Origin: an uncultured Bacteroidales bacterium
GTDB taxonomy: Bacteria; Bacteroidota; Bacteroidia; Bacteroidales; Paludibacteraceae
Direction of reading: 5' to 3'
Assembly: GCA_944321895.1 (NCBI GenBank)
Contig: CALUNA010000011.1
Location: forward strand, 12,633-76,632
DNA length: 64,000 nt
In this document: one piece after another, positions 30,685 through 39,354 of the stretch
Position numbering within the stretch: position 1 is the first letter of the stretch
Layout: every line of letters starts with the position of its first letter
Translations under genes and position numbers: made by a program
Notes under the pieces: model-generated
What the model was told of the DNA's origin: nothing
What the model saw: only the letters and a program-made list of their open reading frames with translations
Database searches by the model: none

Positions 30685-31813
30685 ATTTGTTTTTATATCT
30701 GTTAATGATTAAACATGCTGCTTTTCGGGCAGCTTTTTCTTTTCCTAACTTGTCTCTTATGGTTTGATATGCTTGTTGCATGCTATTCCGGTATGTATCG
30801 TCCTGAAGCAACCGGCTCAGTTCCAGTGTTATGTTTTCCGTTGTGAAAAGATGTGCTATCAGTTCCCTGACAACATCTTTTCCGGCTATGATGTTGACCA
30901 GCGATATGTATTTTGTCTTGATAAACAGTTTTTTCAACAGCATGGCGAACCGTCCGCCTGCTGTGTGGTAGACAACCACCTGCGGTGTTCCTATGAGTGC
31001 CGTTTCGAGGGTTGCCGTGCCGGAGTTGACAATGGCGGCGCGGGCTTGTTGCAATAGTTCGTAGGTTTGCCCGAATAGGACAGGAATATTGCCGGCGAGT
31101 CTGGCATAATGTGCGGGCTCAATTCCCGGCGCTCCGGCAATTACAGGTTGGTATTCCGGAAAGGCTGCAGCAGCTTGTAGCATGCGTGGCAGGCAGTTGT
31201 CTATTTCCTGCATGCGGCTGCCGGCCAACAAGGCTATGATGGGACGTTCATTCAAGTGGTTGCGTTGTGTGAAAACCGTGAATTCTTCTCCTTTGCAGGG
31301 TCGTTCCGCAATTACTTCCTGCGTAGGATTTCCCACATAATCAACATGGTATCCGAAACGGGCATAAAACTCGGTTTCAAAAGGAAAAATGGTGTACATG
31401 TGGTCAATGTACTTTTTGATGCTTTTGATCCGGAATGTTTTCCATGCCCATAATTTGGGTGAGATATAATAATCGACAGGTGTTTCCGGCAAATGCTTCT
31501 TGACGAATTTTGCCATTTTCAGGTTGAAGCTCGGATAATCGACCAGAATTACCACGTCCGGCCGGTAGTCGAGCAATGCTTGTCGGGCATGACGGAAGTT
31601 GTCTGCTATTTTGTGCCAGTTTTGTATGACGCTGATGAACCCCATGAAGGCCATGTCGCGGTAGTGCCGGATGAGACGTCCGCCCTGAGCCGCCATTTTG
31701 TCGCCGCCGAGGCACAGAAAATCCGCCTGTGGATCCAGTGATTTCAGTTCGTGCATCAGGTTGGAGGCATGCAGGTCTCCCGAGGCTTCGCCGGCGATGA
31801 TAAAATATTTCAT
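30674..31813 (-). CDS. lpxB: Lipid-A-disaccharide synthase
   Basis: 379 aa starting MKYFIIAGEASGDLHASNLM, typical of LpxB. Its stop overlaps the glycogen synthase start by 11 nt. Confidence 0.92.
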   Translation of the reverse strand: MKYFIIAGEASGDLHASNLMHELKSLDPQADFLCLGGDKMAAQGGRLIRHYRDMAFMGFISVIQNWHKIADNFRHARQALLDYRPDVVILVDYPSFNLKMAKFVKKHLPETPVDYYISPKLWAWKTFRIKSIKKYIDHMYTIFPFETEFYARFGYHVDYVGNPTQEVIAERPCKGEEFTVFTQRNHLNERPIIALLAGSRMQEIDNCLPRMLQAAAAFPEYQPVIAGAPGIEPAHYARLAGNIPVLFGQTYELLQQARAAIVNSGTATLETALIGTPQVVVYHTAGGRFAMLLKKLFIKTKYISLVNIIAGKDVVRELIAHLFTTENITLELSRLLQDDTYRNSMQQAYQTIRDKLGKEKAARKAACLIINRYKNKYAT

Positions 31814-31825
31814 GTTGTTCTCGGA

Positions 31826-32101
31826 CTATATGAAGTTAGAAACAAGAGCCATTGTCAGATATGGTACGGCCCCGATAATGACTCCTTTGGCCAGTTTCCA
31901 CGTATCGGCCTTGTACAATAGAAAAAGCAGGGCCATGTTTGGAAATACAGATACCAAAAGTAGCTTGTTCAGAATGCTGTACATCTTGTATTCGAGCAAT
32001 GCATTCCACAATCCCATTCGTTCAATGTATGCCGCGGCAAAGAGTGCAGGCAAAAGGACTCCGATGAGAATACCTATCCAATATTTGTCGATGCGTTGCA
32101 T
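31826..32101 (-). CDS. Small integral membrane protein (3 predicted TM helices)
   Basis: 91-aa hydrophobic ORF packed tightly between surE and lpxB on the same strand, with 21-nt and 12-nt gaps. Confidence 0.6.
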   Translation of the reverse strand: MQRIDKYWIGILIGVLLPALFAAAYIERMGLWNALLEYKMYSILNKLLLVSVFPNMALLFLLYKADTWKLAKGVIIGAVPYLTMALVSNFI

Positions 32102-32122
32102 GGGATGGAAAAGTTCGGTTGT

Positions 32123-32872
32123 TCAGAATTCAAGTTTAAGTTTGTCCAGCATGTTATAGTCCGTCATGTCCATTTTTGTGGGGACAACGGAAATGTAACC
32201 ATTGGCCAACGCCCATTCATCGGTGTCGGTTGCTTCCGGTTCGTGGTTGTGAAAATAGCCGGTCATCCAAAAGTAGGGCTTGCCGTGCGGGTCTGTGCGC
32301 TTGTCGAATTCTTTGGCCCAGTGGCCTTCGCATTGGCGTGCTGTTTTTATGCCTTTAATGGTTCCCTTGGGAGCATTCACATTCAGACAGGTCCCGTAGG
32401 GCAGGCCTTGGGCAAGCATTTGTCTGGTAATGGATGTTATGTATGGCTCGAAATCCGAAAAGTCGGCATCCAGGCTGTGGTCGCACAGCGAGTAGCCGAT
32501 GGACAGAATGCCGTTTACGCAACCTTCAAAGACGGCGCCCATGGTGCCGGAATAAATGACGTTAATGGCGGCGTTGGAACCGTGGTTTATGCCGGATACG
32601 AGCAGGTCCGGTTTCTTTTCGGTAAAGATTTCGTTCAATGCCAGTTTCACGCAATCGGTTGGCGTACCGTTGGTTGTGAAAATACGCAGATTGTCAGTAT
32701 CTTCCAATAGGCGCAACCGTATGGGTGCCGTGGCCGTGAGTGCATTTGACTGTCCGGAACGCGGGCCATCGGGGGCTACTACTGTTACCTTGCCGAAAGG
32801 GCGCATGAGTTTGATGAGCGTCTGTAATCCTTTGGCTTGATAGCCATCATCATTTGTAAGTAATATTTCCAT
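32123..32872 (-). CDS. surE: 5'/3'-nucleotidase SurE
   Basis: 249 aa starting MEILLTNDDGYQAKG, with the GINHGSNAAINVIYSGTMGA block. Confidence 0.95.
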   Translation of the reverse strand: MEILLTNDDGYQAKGLQTLIKLMRPFGKVTVVAPDGPRSGQSNALTATAPIRLRLLEDTDNLRIFTTNGTPTDCVKLALNEIFTEKKPDLLVSGINHGSNAAINVIYSGTMGAVFEGCVNGILSIGYSLCDHSLDADFSDFEPYITSITRQMLAQGLPYGTCLNVNAPKGTIKGIKTARQCEGHWAKEFDKRTDPHGKPYFWMTGYFHNHEPEATDTDEWALANGYISVVPTKMDMTDYNMLDKLKLEF

Positions 32873-32914
32873 AATTCAAAAAAAACAATTTCCTGTCGGG
32901 AGGAAGTGTTTTGT

Positions 32915-33946
32915 TTATATTTCGACCAACTCCAGGCCCGCTAATTGCAGATGCGTATTTTGGGGCAGTGGTTTGCGTGGAGTGGCGTTTTCTACCAGTT
33001 TGCCGTAGGCGGCTATGTGCGCGGGCGACGTGCCGCAGCAACCGCCGATTATATTGACCAGTTGTTCGTCAATGTATTGTTTGACTTGTGCAGCCATTGT
33101 TTCCGGTGTTTCGTCATACAGTCCCATTTCGTTGGGCAGGCCGGCGTTCGGGTATGCGCTGACATAGCAATCTGCGCGCTTGCTGATTTCCTGCAGATAT
33201 GGTTTCAGCTGTGCGGCACCGAATGAGCAGTTCAGCCCGATGGAAAGCATGCCGGCGTGTGCCACGGATGCCATGAATGCGCTGATGGTTTGTCCGGACA
33301 AGGTCCGGCCGGAAATGTCGGCCACGGTGGCCGACAACATGATTTCCACGCTTTTACCGCATTGTTCCATGGCTTTGTGTGCGGCATAGATGGCGGCTTT
33401 GGCGTTGAGCGTGTCAAAAATGGTTTCTATCAGCAGTGCATCGACACCGCCTTCAATGAGTGCCGTCATTTGTTCAATGTAGGCATCTGCCAAATCATCG
33501 AACGTGAGGGCGCGGAAAGCCGGATTGTTCACGTCGGGCGACATGGAGCAGGTCTTGGGTGTCGGGCCGACGGAGCCGGCAACAAAACGCGGTTTTTCCG
33601 GATTACGGGCGGTAAACTCGTCGGCGGCAGCCCGTGCAAGTGCAGTCGCGGCCAGGTTTATTTCCCGAACGTGGCCGGCCATGCCGTATTCTTCCATTGA
33701 AATGCGCTGCGCGTTGAACGTGCAGGTCTCGATAATGTCAGCACCGGCTTCCAGATAGGCGCGATGGATTTCAGAAATGATTTGCGGTTGTGTCAGGCAC
33801 AACAAATCGTTGTTGCCGCGCTGCAGTATCGTGCAATCGGCAAAACGTTCGCCCCGATAGTCTTCTTCACGCAAATTGTAACGCTGTATCTGCGTACCCA
33901 TGGCGCCATCAAGAACCAGAATTCTATGTTGTAAGGCGTTTCTCAT
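32915..33946 (-). CDS. Homocysteine S-methyltransferase domain protein (MetH N-terminal module as a stand-alone ORF)
   Basis: I take the start at MRNALQHRILVLDGAMGTQIQ (cat at 33944-33946); the ORF track uses an upstream TTG. The Zn-ligand contexts are conserved (IGLNCSFGA, IIGGCCGTSPAHI). The ORF ends at LQLAGLELVEI*, which corresponds to the first residues of the MetH pterin-binding module. Confidence 0.85.
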   Translation of the reverse strand: MRNALQHRILVLDGAMGTQIQRYNLREEDYRGERFADCTILQRGNNDLLCLTQPQIISEIHRAYLEAGADIIETCTFNAQRISMEEYGMAGHVREINLAATALARAAADEFTARNPEKPRFVAGSVGPTPKTCSMSPDVNNPAFRALTFDDLADAYIEQMTALIEGGVDALLIETIFDTLNAKAAIYAAHKAMEQCGKSVEIMLSATVADISGRTLSGQTISAFMASVAHAGMLSIGLNCSFGAAQLKPYLQEISKRADCYVSAYPNAGLPNEMGLYDETPETMAAQVKQYIDEQLVNIIGGCCGTSPAHIAAYGKLVENATPRKPLPQNTHLQLAGLELVEI

Positions 33947-34011
33947 AAAACAGATTCGCAAAGGTACTGATTTTTTTTAGGTTCGGCAATTGATTTTCCA
34001 TAGAAAAAGTG

Positions 34012-34019
34012 TATCTTTG
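34012..34019 (+). promoter_or_regulatory. Candidate -7 box (TATCTTTG) for the small lipoprotein gene
   Basis: Matches TAnnTTTG, 39 nt upstream of the ATG at 34058. Confidence 0.3.
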
Positions 34020-34057
34020 TCCATCGTGTTTTCTAACAAATAAATTCAAGAAAGATT

Positions 34058-34441
34058 ATGAAACGTTTTGCGTATGTTTTGTTGGCTTGCGTTTTGGTCG
34101 CATGCACATTTACTTCCTGTGATTTGGGCCTTGGAGGAGAAATTATCGAGGATGAAACGCTGATTATCGGCAAATGGCGTTCCGGAACGGAATATTGGCG
34201 TTATGACAGCGATGGCTATGGCGCAACATGGGATACGGCGGATGATGTGATGGAAGAAGAAGCACAGAGGTTCAGATGGGAATTGTCGTTTTCCAATTCT
34301 TCTTTGACGCATATTCACATTATCGAAATAACCGGTGAAGAACAGATTCCGAAGGTTTATACACTGACAACCTTGACGGAAACGACGCTGGCCTACGAAG
34401 ATGATTATGGTAACTCTTTCAGTTTTACCAAGGTAGATTAA
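34058..34441 (+). CDS. Small lipoprotein, function unknown
   Basis: 127 aa with a lipobox (LVACTFTSC/D) followed by an acidic segment (GGEIIEDE). Confidence 0.65.
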   Translation: MKRFAYVLLACVLVACTFTSCDLGLGGEIIEDETLIIGKWRSGTEYWRYDSDGYGATWDTADDVMEEEAQRFRWELSFSNSSLTHIHIIEITGEEQIPKVYTLTTLTETTLAYEDDYGNSFSFTKVD

Positions 34442-34452
34442 GCAAGACAGTT

Positions 34453-34495
34453 TGCCGGACGCGGGGTGTTTATGCTCTTGTCCGGCATTTTTTTT
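34453..34495 (+). terminator. Hairpin plus T8 between the lipoprotein gene and the AsmA-like gene
   Basis: TGCCGGAC (19-nt loop) GTCCGGCA followed by TTTTTTTT. It ends 12 nt before the AsmA-like ATG. Confidence 0.55.
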
Positions 34496-34507
34496 ATGGG
34501 GAAAAAT

Positions 34508-37500
34508 ATGAAAAAGGTTTTGAAAATTATTGGCTGGACGCTGCTGTCGCTGCTTGTGGTAGTCTTGTTGGCTGCCAGCATTGCCGTGTGGATTGTTTTT
34601 TCGCCGCAAAAGCTGACGCCGATTGTGCGTAATTATGCAGCGGAGTTTGTTACTTGTCCGCATGAAATAGGCAGCGTGGAACTGACGTTTTTCAGCACGT
34701 TCCCGAATTTCGGGTTGCAGGTCGATCATGTCCTGTTGCAGAATCCGCTCCCTTCCGCACCGTCGGACACGGTGGCTTATGTTGATAAGCTGGTTGCGGA
34801 AATCAACTTGCGCGAACTCTGGAAAAACAGCAGCATTGTCCTGAACGGCTTGCAGTTGGATGGTTTGCGTGCCAATATCTTTGTGGATGCCGATGGCACA
34901 GCCAACTACGATGTTTTTGTAACTGACACGACGACCAGTGAGCCGGATACGGCAGCTTTCAGTTTGCCGTTCGAGGTTATTGAGTTGCAGAAGATAGCTT
35001 TGCGCGACATTCAGGTTGTCTATACCGATTTGTCGTCGCGGATGTCGGTTGCCGTGTCGGGCATGGAGGCCGATATGGAACTGGACCTGCGCGACAATGT
35101 AGCCAACTCGTTATTGACATTGTCCGTTCCCGACCTGTCGTTCCGTATGGACAGCACGGACTATCTGCAACATGCGTCGTTGGCTCTGAATGTGCCGTTT
35201 GAGGCCGATTTGGGCAATATGCGGGTGCTTTTGCAGCATGCGTCGGTTATGCTGAATGATTATGTGCTTGCCCTGGATGGCAGCGCGGCAATGCCGGAAA
35301 ACGGCGACATATTGCTCGATATGGCTTACCGTTGCAAGGACTGGCAGGTCGAGCCGTTATTGGCCATGGTGCCGGCCGGTTTGGACATTTTGCCCGCCGG
35401 CTTGGATGCTGCAGGAATATTGAATCTTTCCGGCCGGGTTTCCGGCACGTACAACGATTCGCTGATGCCGCTGGTAACCGCCGATATGCTGTTGGACGAA
35501 GGGCGTTTTTCCATGCCGGAAATCCCGTATCGTTTGAGCGATTTGCAATTGGACTTGCAGGCGCATGTGGATTTGAACCGTGCCGATTCGGCATGGGTTC
35601 GCCTGAACGCGGTGGCTGCCAAAACAGGACGTTCATCGGTTGAGCTGTCTGGCAGGATAGATAAATTGTTGTCCGACAATATGTTGTTTGACTTGCTGTG
35701 CAAGGCGCGTTTGAATTTGCCTGAATTGCAGCCGCTTTTGCCGGAAGATATGGATTTGTCCGTGCAAGGCATGCTCGATGGTCGGATGACGGCCGCCTTT
35801 TCCATGCAACAGCTGGAAAAAATGGATGTCGGAAACATGCGTATCAACGGCAAGTTTACAACCAACAGCTTGGCTGTCGTGTATGACAGCATGCAGGTCA
35901 ATATGGGAAAGACCGGCTTGGAACTGACGATTCCGAACCGGAAACCGGCCAACGAACATGTCGGTTTTGCCGATGTGCAGCTGGCATGCGGCACATTGGA
36001 TATGAAGCAGGGAACGGATATGGCGGCAGCTTTGCAGAACTCGCAAATTACCTTGCAATTGTCCAATGTTCTGGCAGATGAACGTTATTTGTCCGTGGCC
36101 TGCGATTTCGGTTTCGATGGTTTGGCTGCCAGCATGGATGATATTTCCGCGGAATTGCAAGCTCCCAAAGGTCATGCTTTTGTCCGGATGGACATGCAGG
36201 ACTCGACGGCCCTGCCTGTCGTTTCGGCCAATCTGGCCATGGCGGAACTGAAAGGCAACATGGACACGATTTCCGCGCGGATAGAAAACCCGTCGCTGAA
36301 AGTCGGTATGACGGGAACCCGTCAGGACAAATCGCAACCGCGGCTGCGTGTCGATTATGACTGTACGGCCTTGCAGGCCTCAATGGGAAATTTTGTGCAG
36401 GCGGAAACCAATAATCTGGGATTGGTCGCAAACGCATACTATAATGCCGCCGGCGAAAATCTGCTGTTGCAATGGAATCCGCGCCTGGATGTCGATTTGC
36501 AGGAAGGCAAAATAAACATGGAAGGATTTCCGGAAACGATAGTCATACCGGACATCAAGTTCAATTTCAACAACCGTCGCTTTACGATTGACGACAGCCG
36601 CATTGTCCTTGGAAACTCCGACTTCCAGTTGAAAGGCGAGATTCACAATATCGCCGACTGGTTGGCCGACAAAGGTCTGCTGACCGGAGAACTTGACTTT
36701 GTGTCGGATATGACCGATGTGAACCAGTTGATGGAATGGACGAGCGGTATGGGTTCGGAAACAGAAACGGATTCAACCGAGGTGGAAACCGCGCAGGTGG
36801 AGGAAACTGTTCCTGCGGAAGATGCGGCGTCGGAGCCTGACCCGTATATGGTGCCTAAAGGCGTGGACCTGGTTTTGCATACGAACATAAAGGAAGCGCT
36901 TGTCGGAAAACAGGTTGTGCGCAATCTGGGCGGAAACCTGTATGTGGAGGATGGAACGCTCATTCTGGAAGAAATGGGATTTGTGTGCAATGCTGCCCGC
37001 CTGCAACTTACGGCCATGTACAAGACGCCGCGCAAGAACCATTTGTACCTCGGTTTGGATTACCACATGATGGACATTCATATAGAGGAATTGATAGACA
37101 TGATTCCGGAAGTGGATTCCATCTTGCCGATGTTGCGTTCGTTCAAGGGACAGGCGGAGTTCCATATTGCCGCGGAAACTTATCTGGATGGAAATTACAA
37201 CCTGAAAAAATCCACTTTGCGCGGTGCTTCGTCCATTCGCGGCTATGATTTGGTGCTGATGGATGGTGAAACATTCTCCGAAATAGCCAAGGTGTTGATG
37301 TTCAAGAAGAAGACGGAGAACAAAGTGGATAGTATTTCTGCCGATTTGACCATTTTCCGCAACGAGGTGGACATTTATCCGTTCCTGGTTACGATGGATA
37401 AATATCAGGCAGCCGTGGGCGGCCGCCATAATCTGGACATGACATTCGATTACCATATTTCACTGCTGCGGCCGTTGCGCATCGGTGTGGATGTCAAGGG

Positions 37501-37648
37501 TAATTTTGATGACATGCGTATCCGCCCCACCAAATGCAAGTATGCCGAAGACTTCAAGCCGGCCGAGCGCAAGGATGTGGAAACACAGCGGATGCAGTTG
37601 CGGCAGTTGATTTACAACTCGCTGACACGCAACGTGAAAACGGAATAA
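34508..37648 (+). CDS. AsmA/TamB-like outer-membrane biogenesis protein
   Basis: I take the start at MKKVLKIIGWTLLSLLVVVLLAASIAVWIVF, giving a single N-terminal TM anchor. It is 1,046 aa and beta-rich throughout, with a C-terminal AsmA_2-like region (ISADLTIFRNEVDIYPFLVTMDKYQAAVGGRHNLD). Confidence 0.82.
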   Translation: MKKVLKIIGWTLLSLLVVVLLAASIAVWIVFSPQKLTPIVRNYAAEFVTCPHEIGSVELTFFSTFPNFGLQVDHVLLQNPLPSAPSDTVAYVDKLVAEINLRELWKNSSIVLNGLQLDGLRANIFVDADGTANYDVFVTDTTTSEPDTAAFSLPFEVIELQKIALRDIQVVYTDLSSRMSVAVSGMEADMELDLRDNVANSLLTLSVPDLSFRMDSTDYLQHASLALNVPFEADLGNMRVLLQHASVMLNDYVLALDGSAAMPENGDILLDMAYRCKDWQVEPLLAMVPAGLDILPAGLDAAGILNLSGRVSGTYNDSLMPLVTADMLLDEGRFSMPEIPYRLSDLQLDLQAHVDLNRADSAWVRLNAVAAKTGRSSVELSGRIDKLLSDNMLFDLLCKARLNLPELQPLLPEDMDLSVQGMLDGRMTAAFSMQQLEKMDVGNMRINGKFTTNSLAVVYDSMQVNMGKTGLELTIPNRKPANEHVGFADVQLACGTLDMKQGTDMAAALQNSQITLQLSNVLADERYLSVACDFGFDGLAASMDDISAELQAPKGHAFVRMDMQDSTALPVVSANLAMAELKGNMDTISARIENPSLKVGMTGTRQDKSQPRLRVDYDCTALQASMGNFVQAETNNLGLVANAYYNAAGENLLLQWNPRLDVDLQEGKINMEGFPETIVIPDIKFNFNNRRFTIDDSRIVLGNSDFQLKGEIHNIADWLADKGLLTGELDFVSDMTDVNQLMEWTSGMGSETETDSTEVETAQVEETVPAEDAASEPDPYMVPKGVDLVLHTNIKEALVGKQVVRNLGGNLYVEDGTLILEEMGFVCNAARLQLTAMYKTPRKNHLYLGLDYHMMDIHIEELIDMIPEVDSILPMLRSFKGQAEFHIAAETYLDGNYNLKKSTLRGASSIRGYDLVLMDGETFSEIAKVLMFKKKTENKVDSISADLTIFRNEVDIYPFLVTMDKYQAAVGGRHNLDMTFDYHISLLRPLRIGVDVKGNFDDMRIRPTKCKYAEDFKPAERKDVETQRMQLRQLIYNSLTRNVKTE

Positions 37649-37669
37649 CGGCATCCTGATGCCATACGG

Positions 37670-37705
37670 AAAACTGCCCGATATGTTTGTCGGGCAGTTT
37701 TTTTG
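37670..37705 (+). terminator. Intrinsic terminator after the AsmA-like gene
   Basis: ACTGCCCGA tatgtttg TCGGGCAGT followed by TTTTTTTG. Confidence 0.75.
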
Positions 37706-37827
37706 TTTTTCATGGCCGTTACTGCAAAATCCGAGATTCGGGTATGAATTTCCGTAAACCGGATACATGCAAAGTGTTTTTTCCCTGTAATTTTGCATCG
37801 GAAAAATAACTTGACATTCAAAAGTCT

Positions 37828-38403
37828 ATGAAAACAAAACAAATTTTATTTACGTTTATGACATTGACAGTTATGAATTTGCAGGCAATGGCACAAAGTG
37901 CCGGAACAACGGAAAATGGAGGCGGTCGTATCTTGGTGGCTTATTTTTCCGCGACGGGAACAACTGCTGCGGTAGCGGAAAAGCTGGCAGACATGACACG
38001 TGCGGATATTTATGCCATTATGCCGGAAGAACCTTATTCGACAGCCGACCTGGACTGGCGTAACAAAAAATCGCGCAGCTCGGTGGAAATGGAAAATCCA
38101 GATGCACGGCCGGCTCTCCACGGCAGAAAGGAAAATATCGCGGCTTACGATGTGGTTTTCATTGGCTATCCCATTTGGTGGGATCTTGCTCCGCGTGTCG
38201 TGAATACGTTTCTTGAAGTTCATGACTTGGCCGGCAAAACGGTTGTCCCGTTCGCTACATCGGGCGGCAGCACCATTGCCAACAGCGTTGCAATGCTGAG
38301 AAAGACTTATCCGAATCTGGATTGGAAAGATGGCAAATTGCTCAATAATTCCAGCGAAACGGTTATCCGAGCCTGGTTGGACAAGCTGGGAATCAAAATC
38401 TGA
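37828..38403 (+). CDS. Flavodoxin-family protein with N-terminal signal peptide
   Basis: 191 aa. A signal-like MKTKQILFTFMTLTVMNLQAMAQ precedes the flavodoxin FMN-loop ILVAYFSATGTTAAVAE and the later GYPIWW motif. Confidence 0.82.
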   Translation: MKTKQILFTFMTLTVMNLQAMAQSAGTTENGGGRILVAYFSATGTTAAVAEKLADMTRADIYAIMPEEPYSTADLDWRNKKSRSSVEMENPDARPALHGRKENIAAYDVVFIGYPIWWDLAPRVVNTFLEVHDLAGKTVVPFATSGGSTIANSVAMLRKTYPNLDWKDGKLLNNSSETVIRAWLDKLGIKI

Positions 38404-38405
38404 TT

Positions 38406-39341
38406 TTACGCTTTTGCCGGTTGCAGCAACAGCCTGAACGATTTGGGCATTGCGCTTTCAAAACGTAGTTTTTGCCGGGTCACCGGATGCATGAATTCCA
38501 GCAGGCAGGCGTGTAGTGCGATGCGTCTTATGGGAGTTGTGCCGCTACCGTATTTTTTGTCGCCGACAACGGGATAGCCCATGTCGGCCAGGTGGACACG
38601 GATTTGGTTTTTGCGTCCGGTTTCGAGTTGCAGCCGGAGCAATGAATAACGTTCGTTGCTTTCCAATAGTTCGTAGTGTGTTATGCTCAGTTGCCCGCCG
38701 TTGTCCGTGGGTGACGAGTAAACCTTTTTCGATTTCTGGTTTTCCGTCAGCCATGTGCGGATGGTTCCCTGCGGTTCGGCGGGTTTCCCTTCCACTACAG
38801 CAACGTATGCACGCTGTGTAACGATGTTTTTCCAGTATGCTTGCATGTATTCCTGCGTTTCCCTGCTTTTGGCAAAGACGAGCAGGCCGGACGTTTCGCG
38901 GTCAAGGCGATGCACGGTATAGATGCCGTTACGCGGGTTCGACTGTTTGACGTAGCGCCTCAAAATGGAGAATGCCGTTGTTTCCAGGGAATTGCGTTCG
39001 GTCGCGACGGTGAGCAGGCCTTCTTTTTTCTCAACGACAATCAGGTCGTCATCTTCGTAAACGACCCGCAATTTCGGATGTTTCAGTTCCTCGTTGCCTT
39101 TTCCGGCAGATACGATAACGCTGTCGCCGGCATTCAGCGGCAAGTTGTATTGGGTATGGATTTGTCCGTTTACCTGCACTTGCCTGTGCGCCAACAGTGA
39201 TTTTACAGAATTGCGGCTCATGCCGCCCATTTTGGCGAGCAGGAACTGCATGAGTTCGGCCGCTTCCGTGACGCGGAAACGGGTGCAGGGGATTATTTTC
39301 TTTCCGTTTTTGAATGCGGGTTGTGTGCGTTGTTTTGCCAT
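38406..39341 (-). CDS. RluA-family 23S rRNA/tRNA pseudouridine synthase (RluD/RluC-like, with S4 domain)
   Basis: 311 aa with an S4-like N-terminus and the catalytic motif HRLDRETSGLLVFAKS. Confidence 0.9.
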   Translation of the reverse strand: MAKQRTQPAFKNGKKIIPCTRFRVTEAAELMQFLLAKMGGMSRNSVKSLLAHRQVQVNGQIHTQYNLPLNAGDSVIVSAGKGNEELKHPKLRVVYEDDDLIVVEKKEGLLTVATERNSLETTAFSILRRYVKQSNPRNGIYTVHRLDRETSGLLVFAKSRETQEYMQAYWKNIVTQRAYVAVVEGKPAEPQGTIRTWLTENQKSKKVYSSPTDNGGQLSITHYELLESNERYSLLRLQLETGRKNQIRVHLADMGYPVVGDKKYGSGTTPIRRIALHACLLEFMHPVTRQKLRFESAMPKSFRLLLQPAKA

Positions 39342-39354
39342 AGTTTTTTGTTTT

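Noticed and set aside
34046-34729. 227-aa minus-strand ORF covering the small lipoprotein gene and the AsmA-like start
   Set aside because: The product is basic and low-complexity (R/Q/N/F-rich). It overlaps two plus-strand genes that have proper signal or anchor sequences and a terminator between them.
35326-37456. Several 130-246-aa minus-strand ORFs inside the AsmA-like gene
   Set aside because: These are overlapping antisense frames within one continuous 1,046-aa coding frame. None has a start context or motif.
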